Of a stretch of 60,522 nucleotides of DNA, positions 27,091 to 39,769 are shown one piece after another. Made by a program: the position numbers and the translations under genes. The first letter of the stretch is position 1. The number at the start of each line of letters is the position of its first letter. The DNA comes from Hydrolagus affinis (Eukaryota). The DNA lies in contig JAAILG010001882.1 of assembly GCA_012026655.1 (NCBI GenBank), positions 1 through 60,522 on the forward strand, written 5' to 3'. The notes under the pieces are model-generated. The model searched no databases and was not told where the DNA came from. It saw only the letters and a list, made by a program, of their open reading frames with translations.

Positions 27091-30000
27091 CCAAGCCAAG
27101 AGCCTTAACCTTCCACACCCACATTCTGCAGGATCATGGGGAGTTTCACATAGATTTGGTTTGCCACAGCTTCCAATGCAGGAGAATCTGGACTCCTTCG
27201 TGGCTGAAATGTGTTGGTATTGAGGCGGCAACTTCTACTCCAGTCAATGGGCTCAATTTGTTCTAACAGGATCCCATACTCACCTTCTGGACCTATAAAG
27301 ATTGCCAGCTCGGTCCCACAATCCTATAGATAGTTTAATTGAGCAAGGAAAGGACCACTGAATCTGGTGAACAACAGTTGTGATGCCTGCAACATGGATT
27401 GTTTTTGTTCCCTTCAATCCCTGCACTATCCCAGCTCTACGTATAGAACAGCAACAACCAAGGCTTGATCTGAACAGCCACAGTAAACATGGAGTAGTTA
27501 GACTTCTATGGGGAGAGAATTAAATGTAGTAGAACGAATACTCAATGTGTGACCATTATAACCAAAGCCATCATTTAAATGGTCACATGTGTATTTCTTA
27601 ATTAACATGATTACAACATTTGGAACAACAATAAACATAGTGAAATTCAAACCAAGATGTCAACATCAATGAAGAGAGATGATGTCTTTCCTGGCAGCAG
27701 AGTAAACTAACAAGACTTTCTGAATATATAACAGGGAGCGAATTAATATGCTGATTAATATAATTGAGCTGTACATCAGTTTCTTCTTATAAATAGTGAC
27801 TGCCAATATAGCAGACAATGGTTTATGTAAATAAGTTTGTAATTCAGACTATTTGGGGGCCAGTTCCTCTTTTTAGTATTCACTTCATGCTTGTGGCATA
27901 AGTGGAAGACTAAGTAGTTCAAAGTGATACTCATAATACAACACATGTTTACGATACATTACTGTTGGTTAATCAGCAAATTCCAGGGAAACTCTATATG
28001 AAAAATACATCACAAATAAAAATATTCAAAAGGGATCCATCAGTGGTTCAGATGCTAAGACTGCCCAGCCTTAGATGTTAGAATTATATTTTGGAACCTT
28101 TTCAACATTGAACTTACATACTTGTGAAAAAATACCTATAATGGTTGCAACGATAGCTGTTGCAGTATTAAGTATTATTAGTGGGATGTATGAAAGCACA
28201 GAACATTTCTCAATTCAACGTGTTTCTTGAATAACATGATGTCTTCTTGATTTTAATGAGGATGTGCTGTGTCGACCTGAGAGGGCTGAGCAAGTCAAGT
28301 GGTAAAATATCTTCAGTCTGTGCTTCCAATTAAGGTTATATTTTGGGGTCTTTCAGTGATGCACGTACATGGCTTGTAAATATAATACCTGTGCTTTATA
28401 AGAATTCTAATAACCACCATTCTTGCATTTCATTTAGCACCTTATCAGATCATTGAAACATCTCATAGTGCCTCACTGGATTTTAATATAAAGTGTGGTG
28501 ATTATTTATTTGTAAGTGAAGACAATGACCATCCATACATCTTATGTCTCATAAAATGCTCAAATAAATCAGGTTTTGCAAATTGCTTAAAATTACTGTT
28601 AAAATAATTCCTACATATGTAATAAATACACATGGTGCATTAACACCACCCTCGACCACCTGCTTGTAAAAACACAATATTTATAAGAATATGTAAGATA
28701 TTTAATGATGGTATGAGTTTATTTTATTGCTGAATTTATCCTGCCAACTGTTCTAAATGTGTGTACGATTCATAAGTTCTGTGGTTACTTGGTGTTAAGA
28801 CCACTTGAAAAGATATTTAACTAAACACAAGAAATCTGTGCTGTGCTGGTGACAAATATGCCATTTACAGCTTGAATAAGGTTGATCCACCCATTGATTA
28901 TTTATCATTTTAAAACCTAACAATTTGTTACAATGCAAACCAATGCAGTGGAAAATACAGCTTAAAAATAAGTAAAATCATATCCACAGAAACAGTGAAA
29001 ACTGAGTAGTGTAACTCAGGTCAATCACGATATCAGCCGTGTCTTGCAAAATTGAAGAAAATAGCATTGCATTCTTAACCTAACTTTCCAAACTTCTATG
29101 TTTAAATTAACTATAATTTAAATGGAGGCATCCAGGAAGGCTGCATTGATATAAGGTACATCTGATATTCTGGTAAGCAATCCAGCTGAAAAATACAAAA
29201 TGCAAAGCAATTTTACTGCTTATACCAGATCATATGGCTGGTCAAGAAAATTCTATGGATCTTCTAAACAGGGTGCAATCTGAGTTTAAAGGAGCAATCT
29301 CTTCAATAGAAAAGGAATCTTCCTCTCAAACTACCCATTGGATTGAAATTCACATTTTAGCCAAAGAAAACTTTTTTCTCTGTACATTTCCTTCCATGCC
29401 CTCCTCTCTTCAAGGTTTTTTTGACTCCATTTCTCTCTTAATCGGTTAAGTTCCACAAGTGTTGTTCAGCTAGTTTATATTGGTCACGGTATGATAGTCA
29501 TTCAGATGATACTATAATTATTATTTGCAAATAAATCATGTGTAACATTTTGAAAATAATTCAGTATTTCTACCTTTTTAAAATCAGCGGCTATAAAACT
29601 GGTTTCATCTGGCAAATTATATGTTAAAAATCTGAATCAGTAAATTGGCACTTTTGTCATTTGGACACAATACCTCAGCACAAAGGACATGACTAGTTTA
29701 CTAGTATTAAAGCCACTATCACTGAATGACAAAATCCTTCCTGGACTTTAGCTTAAAAGTAACCAAGCATATCTTGAGAATTGCTAAGGTCAAGACAGAT
29801 GCAGAAACCAAATCAATGACCATCTAATCCTCCAAAGGAAGATTAAACATATAATTGACCTATCTAATCCATACATCATCTCCTGTCAACTTTTAGAATC
29901 TGTCTGTTTTAAATTGGCATCTTGCCCATAAGAAAACTATCTTACAGATGCAACTGATGAAAACTGAAGGGATGGCTTTTGATCTGTAATCAAGGAGGCT

Positions 30001-30376
30001 GCTAGATTTAAGCAGATGAGCTACAGCTAAGCACAGCTGTTTAATTCCTTATCTCTACACAGGCTGTTCTTCCATGTCTACACAAAGCAAAAAGAAATTA
30101 ATTTTTGTATTACCATGACAACCTTAAAAGCTTCGCTATATGATCTGACCCATTAAAATTACTCTTTCACGGTTCCTCACCTATTTTTTTCTGATAAATC
30201 TCAGCTACAACAGCAAAGTTGTATTTTTATAGTGCCTTTCACTTAGGATAAAATGGAATATTTTACAGTGGTGGGGTCAGATACGGAGCAAAGGAGAAAC
30301 AGGAATGGGAGGTGACCAAAGGTGCTTTTATTATGATTGTTTTACTTTTTGACCTCACTTTGCATAATTAAGGGCA

Positions 30377-30568
30377 AATAATAAAGAATTAGCCAAAATA
30401 GTCTTTCCCATTTACAAAATAAGTTAAAGCACTTGCGTGATTCACATGCTGCTCAGGTTTACTTTTGATTCTTTGCTCAGATGTTGGACACGTGACGCAT
30501 CTGATGTGCCTTCTACATACAAGCTGGCATTTTTTATGGTCACCAAGAGGAGAGTAACTCAGTTTAGC
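30377..30568 (+). repeat. Copy 2 of a ~185-bp local duplication
   Basis: Aligns to 26900-27090. Confidence 0.95.
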
Positions 30569-32879
30569 TTTTGTTGTTGTTTTCACTGAAATTTGACATT
30601 CGCAAGAAATTTGCAAATTGTAACTTGATAATTGGAAACAGCAATTCCTGCTGGTAATCGGATTTGCATCATTGCCACCCCACGTGAACTCTGGTCCTGA
30701 AATAAATCATGTCGGAGCAGAGATCCCACAAGTCAGATTTACACACGGCTGCTGATATGGCCCATGGCTGCTCCAGTAATATACTAAATTAATATTTTCC
30801 TATTCATTATATGCCTTGCGCTACCTCCCTCAATCCTGTTTAACTTTCAACCTTTTGCGAACACCTAGGTGTTTAATCGTCGTATCATTTTACAACAACA
30901 ACAAAATTACATCTGTATAGCGCCTTTCACGTCGGGAGGACGTTCCAAGGCATTTTAACATTGACTTTGCAATGGAAAAGCTGCCTAGTACAAAATTAAC
31001 ACAGTAAACACTGGATGTGTGTTTCTCCTTTGGAGTGATGTTATTCCATTGCTGAATTGCAGCTATCTGGTAGGTCTAAGATTTGCAGCTAGGACACAGA
31101 TATGCTGTGAATCAGGAACCTATCTTCTTTGGTTTTCATCTCCTCCATATGTTCTGAGTTACTTGTTTCACATTGAAGGCTCCTCAATATACTCTTCTGA
31201 CTTGATACTCAGAGACAAAACTGCATTGTAAAATCCAGGCCCATTGGACAGACCATCAAGGTTTTTCCTGGTTGAGAAATGGATGGATTTTGCTCCAAGT
31301 GGAAGCTTTGTACTTTTAGTGAATCATTTGACATTGAATACAGTAATAAAGTAGCTTTTCGCCCGGTACAGTATCCCTTGGGGAAATCCTAGCCATGTTC
31401 TGCCTGCTGACGAGTGACTTTGGAGGGTGCACTCACTGGCTATCTCGTTATTTGTTTCACGCCTGTGATTTTAAAGCAGCTGTTTGGAATTTGCGGTGAA
31501 TTTTTTCTTCTCAAGGTTAAAATACTCTGGCCTATTTACATTGGTACAGTGGAATCTCAATTCTACATTGGTCCTGTGAGGGTCACAAAAGGAAGATGGA
31601 ATTAATGATCTCCTGAGGAGCAAACTCAAATCCTGAGCCACAATAGTGACTCTAGCACAGCCAGAGGACAACACTGTCAGGAGGGTTCCCCATTACAGTC
31701 TATAACTCACTGAGCCTTCAAGCTGAGGCATGTGCCATCAGAATGACTGTCTTCCAAGACAGATAACTATAGGTCACAGCTAACCATGGGCTCAAAAGCT
31801 GGAAACACGAGCTTGCGGTTCAGCTTTCCTGGGGAACAAAAGCTTTATCAGGAGCATTGATGTTTCAGACTCCTATGATAGCTGAGGATGAAACCCTACT
31901 GTGCTTCCTTGCCCAGAGGCAATAACAAGTTGAACTACACTCTGGTATACACTCTGACAGAACTGGGCTTGAATCCAGATTCTACCAAGCTCCCCAGATA
32001 GTTTACAGTCACAAGGATATTATGAGAGCCTGTCGTGATCTTGGAAACAGAGGGCAAACCTCTTTCTCTTACTATTATAAAAAAAACTTATTAAATATTT
32101 ACTTGCACATATTGCTGTTTATCTCTTTCTTGCCAGTCCTGCCCTTTTAACGTTTATTAAACAACAGCTTGGTGCTGGGTGATTTTAATGCCAACCTCTC
32201 CTTTCCGTCTGGGAAGAAAGATCTCTCCTCCCAGGAAGGTGGAATCAGTTGTCTCTCCAATCCGAAGAGTGGGTCTGAGAATCCTGAACCGGTATCCTGC
32301 TGCTCTGATCTCAGCCAGGGGAGCAGCTGGGGTGCCACAGATGGCTGGAGAAACCGGAGAGGAAAAGTCAACCACAATCCTGCTCCGGAACACTCTCCAG
32401 TGTTCTCAGGTGGCTATGGGCGGATACAGGATGTGGATAAGATCAGGTTCAGCTATGATATCCCAATCCCATAATCAAATCACTTGCACTCACTGTTTAA
32501 GCCCACAAATAAAGAATGGCCTTTGGATTAGATATATTGCGTACAAATTGCACCCCAGCGAGACTTGGTGGCTTCAGGAGGAGGAAGGGAGAGAATTGCC
32601 AAAGGATTATAAAAGGATTTATCAATGTGAGCTCACACCTGTACAAATTGTATGACCCGAGTCAGGATGATTGCTAGTTTTACATGTAAACTTGAAAATA
32701 TAGTTTTTGACGAGAAAAGAGTTTGAAATTGCAAATGGGTATGTTAAACGTACAACCAAAATAATAATTATTTTCATATTTCTAGGACAGTAGAGTTTCA
32801 GCTTCTCCTTAATTGCAATGGCTCTCCCTCCAGCTTGCTAGGATGCTGTCATGTCCTGAGATAATTCCCTCCCTCAGCC

Positions 32880-33410
32880 ACTCTGGGAGAGGACATGGGC
32901 TCCAGATGATCTGCAGCCTGTGGAGGGAGGAATTGGGGAGGCCGACAATCAAGGAGTTTGCATAATCAGTCCGAACGTTATGAATCCGTGTATGAGAGTT
33001 TCGGTGGTGTGAGATAGTGGCGGAGCTCAGCAATGTTATGGAGGCGGGGGAAGGCAGAGCAGGTCATGACATGGATGTGGGGTAGAAAGGACAGTTGAAG
33101 GACAGTTGAAGGTCAGACAAGACGCCAAGGTTCTGGATTGGCTTAGTGAGGTGGACATTCAACTGAATAAAGTTAGCTCTCATCCTGGTCTTGATGTCTG
33201 ACAGACATTTTGTCAAGACAGCAGTGGTCCTGGAATCAAGCGTGGAGGCAGAGAAATGCATACATGTGGAAGGTGACCCTATGTCTGTGGATGATGTAGT
33301 CAAGAGGGAACATGTAGATGTTGAAGAGGAGGGGACAAAGGACGGAGCCCTGAGGAACACTGCACGAGACATTGTGGGGCCTAGAGGAGAAACTGTTTGT
33401 GGAGATAGGA
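32880..33410 (-). mobile_element. Degenerate L2 LINE RT fragment
   Basis: SVPQGSVLCPLLFNIYMFPL...FHMYA, KCLSDIKTRMRANFIQLN, DYANSLIVGLP motifs. Confidence 0.9.
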
Positions 33411-34181
33411 TGTCCTCCCATCTGAAAGGTGCTATACAAATGTAATTTTGTTGTTGTTGTAGGTGGGGTGAGAGATACAAAATGAACCATTTAAAGACAG
33501 AAAACACTACACATCCCCAAAAAACCTACCCAACAAAGCTGGATATTTTCTCACAAGTGAGATGTTTGACTAAATGTACTGAAATAACATTGGTTATGGG
33601 TTCATTCTACTCACTTTGAACTAGTCAGTTTGGAGTTGCATTACATTAACTCTACACAATAGTACTTAGGGGAGTGAAATCCATTGTTTAAATGCCTATA
33701 TATTCTACAATATAGAAGCGCCTTGGGACGTCCTCCTGACTTGAAAGGCGCTATACAAGTGTAATTTTGTTGTTGTTGAACAAACTACCTCAGAGATGTT
33801 TATGCAGGTCAGCTGTGCACTCCCCACACATTATCTGCAATTGCAACTACATGCAGAGTCTGCACTTGCGCTTGAGAGTGACAAAAACCATAGGCGTGGT
33901 CAAACAGCAAAGTTTTCAGGTTTTAAAGATAAAGAGAAGGTGAGGTGGAATCGAGTGTAAAATATCAAGAAATATCAGTGACAGGAAATAACACCATGGG
34001 GCTAACAGATTCTTTTCTTGTTCTCTGCATCCTAATTGTGTTCTGCAAATGACGCACCAATTCTGCCAATTGCCCAACAAAGTAGTAGAAGACAAATTGT
34101 GGCGCGTTTTGATATATGCAAGTGCTGAAAGGCGGGCACCGTGAAACATAGTCCAGAGATATGTAAAATTTTTGTATACAC

Positions 34182-34667
34182 TAGGGTCCGTCGATATGGA
34201 AATTTTCCGATATCGATATATCGGTGGGCTCCTATCAATATATACCAATATATCGATATCACCGGGTTTCTATCTTGTGCGCATGCGCGGAAATGGTGTT
34301 TAGTGGGAGGAGGGTCTGCGCAAGTCTGATTGTGTTTGGTGGTGGGGGGAGGGAAGAAGGGGGATGCGCTCACATTCAGATATGCGTGCTCTATGCCCAG
34401 GAGGTTTGCGATGCCGGCGACAAGGTCAGTTAAATGCTATCTATGGTTTCTGTTAGTTTAAGGGAGCGTAATGGGCATTTGAACCTTTGGTTGTATATTT
34501 TCTGTATACTGTAACGTGGCATTTGTTGATGGTATACCAATATTTTGTGGATATACCGATATTTTTTTTATGCCGAATTTTTCGATATACCGATATATTC
34601 AAATTTCCGATATCAGCATATCGATATGAAAAATGATACCGATATAACTGATATATCGATATATCGC
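34182..34667. mobile_element. hAT-type MITE with a damaged right end
   Basis: Starts TAGGGTCCGTCGATATGG; arrays of GATATATCG; homologous, in inverted orientation, to 58930-59306. Confidence 0.85.
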
Positions 34668-35665
34668 ACCAATTCTGCCAATACACATAAGCAACCTTTG
34701 TGGAACAAATCTAAAGCGGTTATGCCCAAAATAATAATAATCTTTACAACTGAGATACTACCTTTAACATTGAAACATCTTGAATGCATCATAGTACAAC
34801 AGCTATACTCTGAGACACTGGGTTCTGATACATTATCCAGGGAATGCAATGAGGAAGAAAGCAAGTAAACTGTGTGAACTGGGCTTTTAAAGGTGAGCTG
34901 TGTGGCAGCTCTCGACTGCTTGCATATGAAAACCTGAGGAAAGCTGCTGATTCAAAGCACCATTCAAAAAGGAAGCAATTAAGCACTTGATTAAGCTATA
35001 CAAGGAGAGAGAGAGAGCGAGATGGAAAAGGGTGATAATGTAGATAGCAGTGGCACAGACACGATGGGCTGAATGGCTTCCTTTTGTGCTGGAAATTTCT
35101 ATAATTCTGGAACTCTTTGGTATTTGTGAAGTGATAGCAGGTTTCATTCAGTGAGGCAACAGTTAGTTTCTCCCAGGAACAACATCTGTAGTTATAATAA
35201 TTCTTGATTGATTGTGACAATTTCATGAATTACATTGAGGATTTTGTGACCATTACAATCAGTACCCGCCATTGTCTCAGAATCGTCCTGACTTTTACAT
35301 TGCTCAGCTAAGTACTTATTCACTGAGTTTCACTGAACTGGTTCCTCCTCAGGTCAATAGCAAGGCTCTGCTTTTAGTTCCAACACAATCTGCAAGACTG
35401 CCACAAATCACAAAGTAGGTTACTAACAAAACATTTCTATTAAAACATTTTTAATCAAGACATATTTCACTTTTCATATTTTTATATAAAAACTCTGTTT
35501 CAATCTTTTGCATTTATAGAAAAACCAAATGGGTAAATAATGTTTAAATAAATTCCTCATGAACTTGAAGGACAAACGGCGGAGTGGAAAGCTTTCAGAA
35601 TTCCGAATATAGTTCTGATGTAATCATGAAATAAACATTTTGTTTAAAAAAGCTGCGGTACTTAC

Positions 35666-35737
35666 AGGCTTTACAGTTTTGATTATGTCACTCACTGCAA
35701 GTTTCTTCTCACTTATGTTATTTTCATCCAACAAACA
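35666..35737 (-). CDS. CADPS: Weak candidate CADPS exon (72 nt, or 42 nt ending at 35696): CLLDENNISEKKLA[VSDIIKTVKP]
   Basis: Two consensus donors (gtgagt, gtaagt), both in phase 0, with an open frame; the acceptor (tgtggtag) is poor. Confidence 0.3.
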
Positions 35738-36495
35738 CTACCACAATACTGAAATACTACATGAACACTATTATCAAACACAGTAGAACTAATATCACTT
35801 TATACAAGTCAACTTTTGAAAGTATTGTAACTGCACACATTTCAAAATGGGCCTCTGATGACAGCTTGAAAGTCCAGAACTTTAGTAATCAGATATCTCA
35901 ATTATAACAAAAAGTTGGTGGGGTAATATTTCTCCCAATTTTGTACTGAGTTACCCCAACAGGTTAGGTATTAGAGACCGAAGAATATGCTGGACTTGGT
36001 AAAATTGTTTCAATATCTGAATCAAGCTCCATTTTTTTTTTTTTGGGGGGGGGGGAGGGGGCGGGAATTATGCCATTTAAAAAAGATAATTAGCTAATTT
36101 TAAATAAACAACTGAATTCACTTTTTACCAAAATACCATCAAAACCAATTAAATCACTGACTTATTTCGACAGCAATGCATATGAATAAATGCGATTTCT
36201 GTGGCCAGCCTACAATAATGAAAGGAAGATATGGGGTGTGAACTTTTTTCTAAAAATGACTTGGGACACTTTGTATTATTGCCATAGGTGATTAAAGTAA
36301 AATGGAAACTAATATTATGAGCTACATAATGTCTAAGGAGCACAGATATCTGAATAGCACAATTTCATATAGCAGTATAATGCAGTTTACCTAAACATCC
36401 ATTTTCAAAACATGAACTTCAATGAAAATAAAAACAGCAGTGTGATGAAAGTTATGCTTGGCAATTTAAAAACTTTGTAGTTCTCAAAGCTTTAC

Positions 36496-36543
36496 CTCAA
36501 ATATTCTCAGGTACATGACAGAACTAACATCATCCATTCTTAT
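36496..36543 (-). CDS. CADPS: Candidate CADPS 48-nt cassette exon (phase 0-0): IRMDDVSSVMYLRIFE
   Basis: Very strong acceptor ctctctgttttccacttttag, donor GAG|gtaaag, 16 open codons in the phase of the flanking exons. Confidence 0.72.
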
Positions 36544-37317
36544 CTAAAAGTGGAAAACAGAGAGGGTAAATAACACAAGGTAAAATGCTGGAGTGGCAGT
36601 GGTGGGAAGAAGAAAGGAAACTAAAAGAGGAAATGTAGAATACTGTAATTACACACGAATTTCAAACTTAATTTACACCCAAACCAAATGATTTAAATTT
36701 TTTTAAAGCATATTTAAGTGTGTCCAAAATGTTTTCTTCACATTGTTATATGATTCTGTTCTGGGTTTCCAGGCTCCTTGTTCTGGTCCATGAATTCTCC
36801 TCCGGGCATTTGCCCAAAAGACCATTGTGCAAGCCTTGGCAGTGAGTGTCAATAGCTTAGCCTGAACTCTGCCTACCCGGCTGCCACACTCATCCATAAC
36901 CAGTAAAAGGTACTAAACAGGAACCAGAATCAAGACTCTCCCATAACCTTAGAAGGCCAGGGCCAATTTATCCTCCTTGTTACAGCAGACTCAGGAGGGA
37001 TTCAGACCAATGAGCTCCATAAGGTCTAACCAATGTACCAACAAGGCAGTTACTGTCAAATGCATTCTAACCAATTTATTTTATATTCAAAGCAATTCAG
37101 TTTTTTGCTTAATTAGGAATGTCTCGGACCATAACATGTCCAATTCTTCCATTCACAAATGAAGGCAGGTGGCAAAGGTTTTGAAACCCACAAAAAATAA
37201 ATCAAATTAAAATTTTACTCACAAATATAAATTGTATTTTACTAACACTTTTACTCACCCAAACCACTGATATTTACATGCTCTGAACTGCTTTACATGG
37301 AGAACATATACTGTTAC

Positions 37318-37340
37318 CAGGACATCTTTCGTCTTGACCT
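37318..37340 (-). CDS. CADPS: Candidate CADPS 23-nt microexon (phase 1-0): EVKTKDVL
   Basis: ttatacag|AGGTCAAGACGAAAGATGTCCTG|gtaaca; 8+20+23 = 51 nt restores frame. Predicted only. Confidence 0.5.
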
Positions 37341-38329
37341 CTGTATAAATCAACTAAGATCAGATGATTTAAAAAAAAACTGAAATGTCACCACATCATT
37401 AGAAGTCAACTGTGCTGGTACAGAATTTTATACTTTCAAGACCACTACGTGATTTTATATTTACTTTCACATATCCCCAAACTGCTAAAAAAAATGTGCA
37501 ATAAAATAAATATCATTAAAATATATTAGTGTTTTTCCTTTGGCTATGCTTCAAATCAGAAACAGACAGCCGAGAGAACACTTTCAATGAATCTTCACTG
37601 AATACATTTTCCTTCACCAAAATGTGATTCACTCAGGCATCCCTTTCAATTGAACAGTTTTGAACAAAGCACCTGTCATGGAATACTCTTATTAATATAC
37701 CCAAGTACCTTCATTTTTGAATGGCATCTTGGTTACCTTGTTCTATTGGTTTGCCTGGGTTTCAGATATTGCATTTTTAAATATATACAAATGCACCAAA
37801 ACACAATAAGCAATATCCAAAAAGTATTTGGATATTTACAATTTGCAGGCCATAAGGTTTAACAAAATAGATGAACAATGGAGACATAGACATTACTGGA
37901 GGCTTTGCTTGGCATTTCAGCATTTTGTAATAGCAACCCAGGCTTTTGATATAGAGCCTCATGATATCATCGAGACACATCAGAGCACGTCACGGTATAT
38001 ACTGTAAAGTAGATTGACTGTATACTTTCTTGGCCAACTCATAATGTTTGGTGTACTCATTGCACATCTGCTGTACATGCTTCAAGGTTGAGATCTTGGC
38101 TCCTGCCATAATAGTCCAGATGCTAGGGATTCTGCAATTCAAGGCAACAGCATAGACAAAGTCACAAATACAAAATGCAACACGAAAGGCTGCAACAGAT
38201 TTATGAACTTCCAAGCAGTGAAGTTACCATTAAATCCCAGGCCGACCAGTTTGAACGAGGCTACACTTGTTGAATGGGTTTCACCGGGCCTCAGTCAAGT
38301 CACTGTGTGTCTGACAGTGCTAAGCTTAC

Positions 38330-38370
38330 ACTGTAGAGTTGATCTCCTTCAAATTTAGACCAAATCTGGT
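38330..38370 (-). CDS. CADPS: Candidate CADPS 41-nt exon (phase 1-0): DQIWSKFEGDQLYS
   Basis: Pyrimidine-rich tract with UGC motifs, gccagcag acceptor, gtaagc donor; 8+20+41 = 69 nt preserves frame. Predicted only. Confidence 0.4.
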
Positions 38371-39096
38371 CTGCTGGCAGATGGCAATAGAGGGAAATGC
38401 CCCCGGAAATAAAAAGAAAAATGCAGTAGAGAAATCTACAGCAAATAAACTGCACAAAATGACAAAAGGATTAGACATTGGATGCAACCAACATAGCAAC
38501 CATTTCTAAATTGAATTGTTGGCAGTTACAACATTCAAAGCAACATTTGTTGATTTCAGTTACAAATGAAAATTCAGTTGGATTGACTGTGTCTTCAATG
38601 CCTACTAAATGGATGAAAATTTTCCCATTTCTTACAAATTTTAAACTCGCTGTTAGAAATACATGCATAGAGCTTTGAGGACCACCCTGCTCTTGTCTTC
38701 CCATCACACTTTATGCATGTGTGAAACATTCTTGTAAGATGTGGGTCACGCTAGTAGATGTACACAGGAAGATTATTTGACTCGAAATCATGCCACTGGC
38801 TGCAATGTGACAAAACATTGGATATGAGAGATAAGTTTCATTTTAGTTGGAAAACAGATCAAAGAAAAAGATAGAGATGGAAGGCAATCAGAAAGGAATA
38901 AAAGACAGAAAGTTTTTTTATGGAAACTGGACGATTGACATAGCAATGATGAAAGCAAGATAAAAGATTAGACGAGTGTAGAAAGCCTTGCGTGAGATAT
39001 TCAGAAACGATGCACTGCAAGTAGAAACCTTAAAAGTTGAATTAAAGTATTGAAAATAAACTGCTTTAACCATATAACACCACACTACAGGACTAC

Positions 39097-39116
39097 CTTT
39101 AAGTGATGTGAAGACA
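39097..39116 (-). CDS. CADPS: Candidate CADPS 20-nt microexon (TGTCTTCACATCACTTAAAG; phase 2-1)
   Basis: Branch-like cttaac, UGC, poly-T and caaacag acceptor; donor AAG|gtagtc; open when entered in phase 2 from the 8-nt exon. Predicted only. Confidence 0.55.
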
Positions 39117-39769
39117 CTGTTTGAAAAAAAAACTTAGCAACTAGTTAAGCACTAATCAATAGAATAGCTTTAACAATGGATTATAAAAAAAAAGCACATC
39201 AATGTGCACACTGCAAACCACAGAACGACACAAAAGCACTGCGATACCAAACAGTATGAAAGACAAAGTTATAAACATCGTCTATTGGTCTGCTGACTAA
39301 ATTCACTGCAAAAACTTAATTCAATTGACGATTTGGTCAGTGTTGTTTTAACAAGATTAATGCCAGTTTCAAAGCAGGTAACTTTGCTAAAGTTCTTGCC
39401 ACAGTTTACCTCTTCTAAATGTGATAACTATATATTTTTTTACATTTTATTAAATGTAAAGATCTATACCTATATGAACAGTGCTCCAGAGACAACTAGT
39501 TTCACATCATTCACATGCTATTCATAGATGATACAAGAATACAAAAGCAGATTTCTTTTTTTTGTACCTAATACTGTAGTTCCAGCAAGCAAAACAAGGT
39601 ATTTAAGTACATTATTGTTATATGTCATATAGGCTACAGGTGCTCTCAGAGAGAATCCTGTTCCATCTCCTACAAAAGTTGCTCATGGACGTGAGCTACA
39701 AAACCTCCTGATAAGAAAGCACTGCGCCAGAAGTTACATGCAGACAGACCAGGAGCTGACGCAACATAC

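Noticed and set aside
26900-30568. The 185-bp direct repeats as LTRs of a retroelement
   Set aside because: No TG...CA termini, PBS, PPT, TSD or internal retroviral coding remnants.
34182-34667. GATATATCG repeats as a CRISPR array or satellite
   Set aside because: Vertebrate DNA with irregular spacing and no repeat-spacer structure; explained as hAT subterminal repeats.
37259-37340. 82-nt version of the 23-nt candidate exon using a GTGAGT donor
   Set aside because: Open frame, but 8+20+82 is not divisible by 3; kept only as a possible non-productive alternative donor.
37860-38280. Possible very old LINE ORF2 remnant on the minus strand
   Set aside because: Only a vague resemblance; no diagnostic motif could be read.
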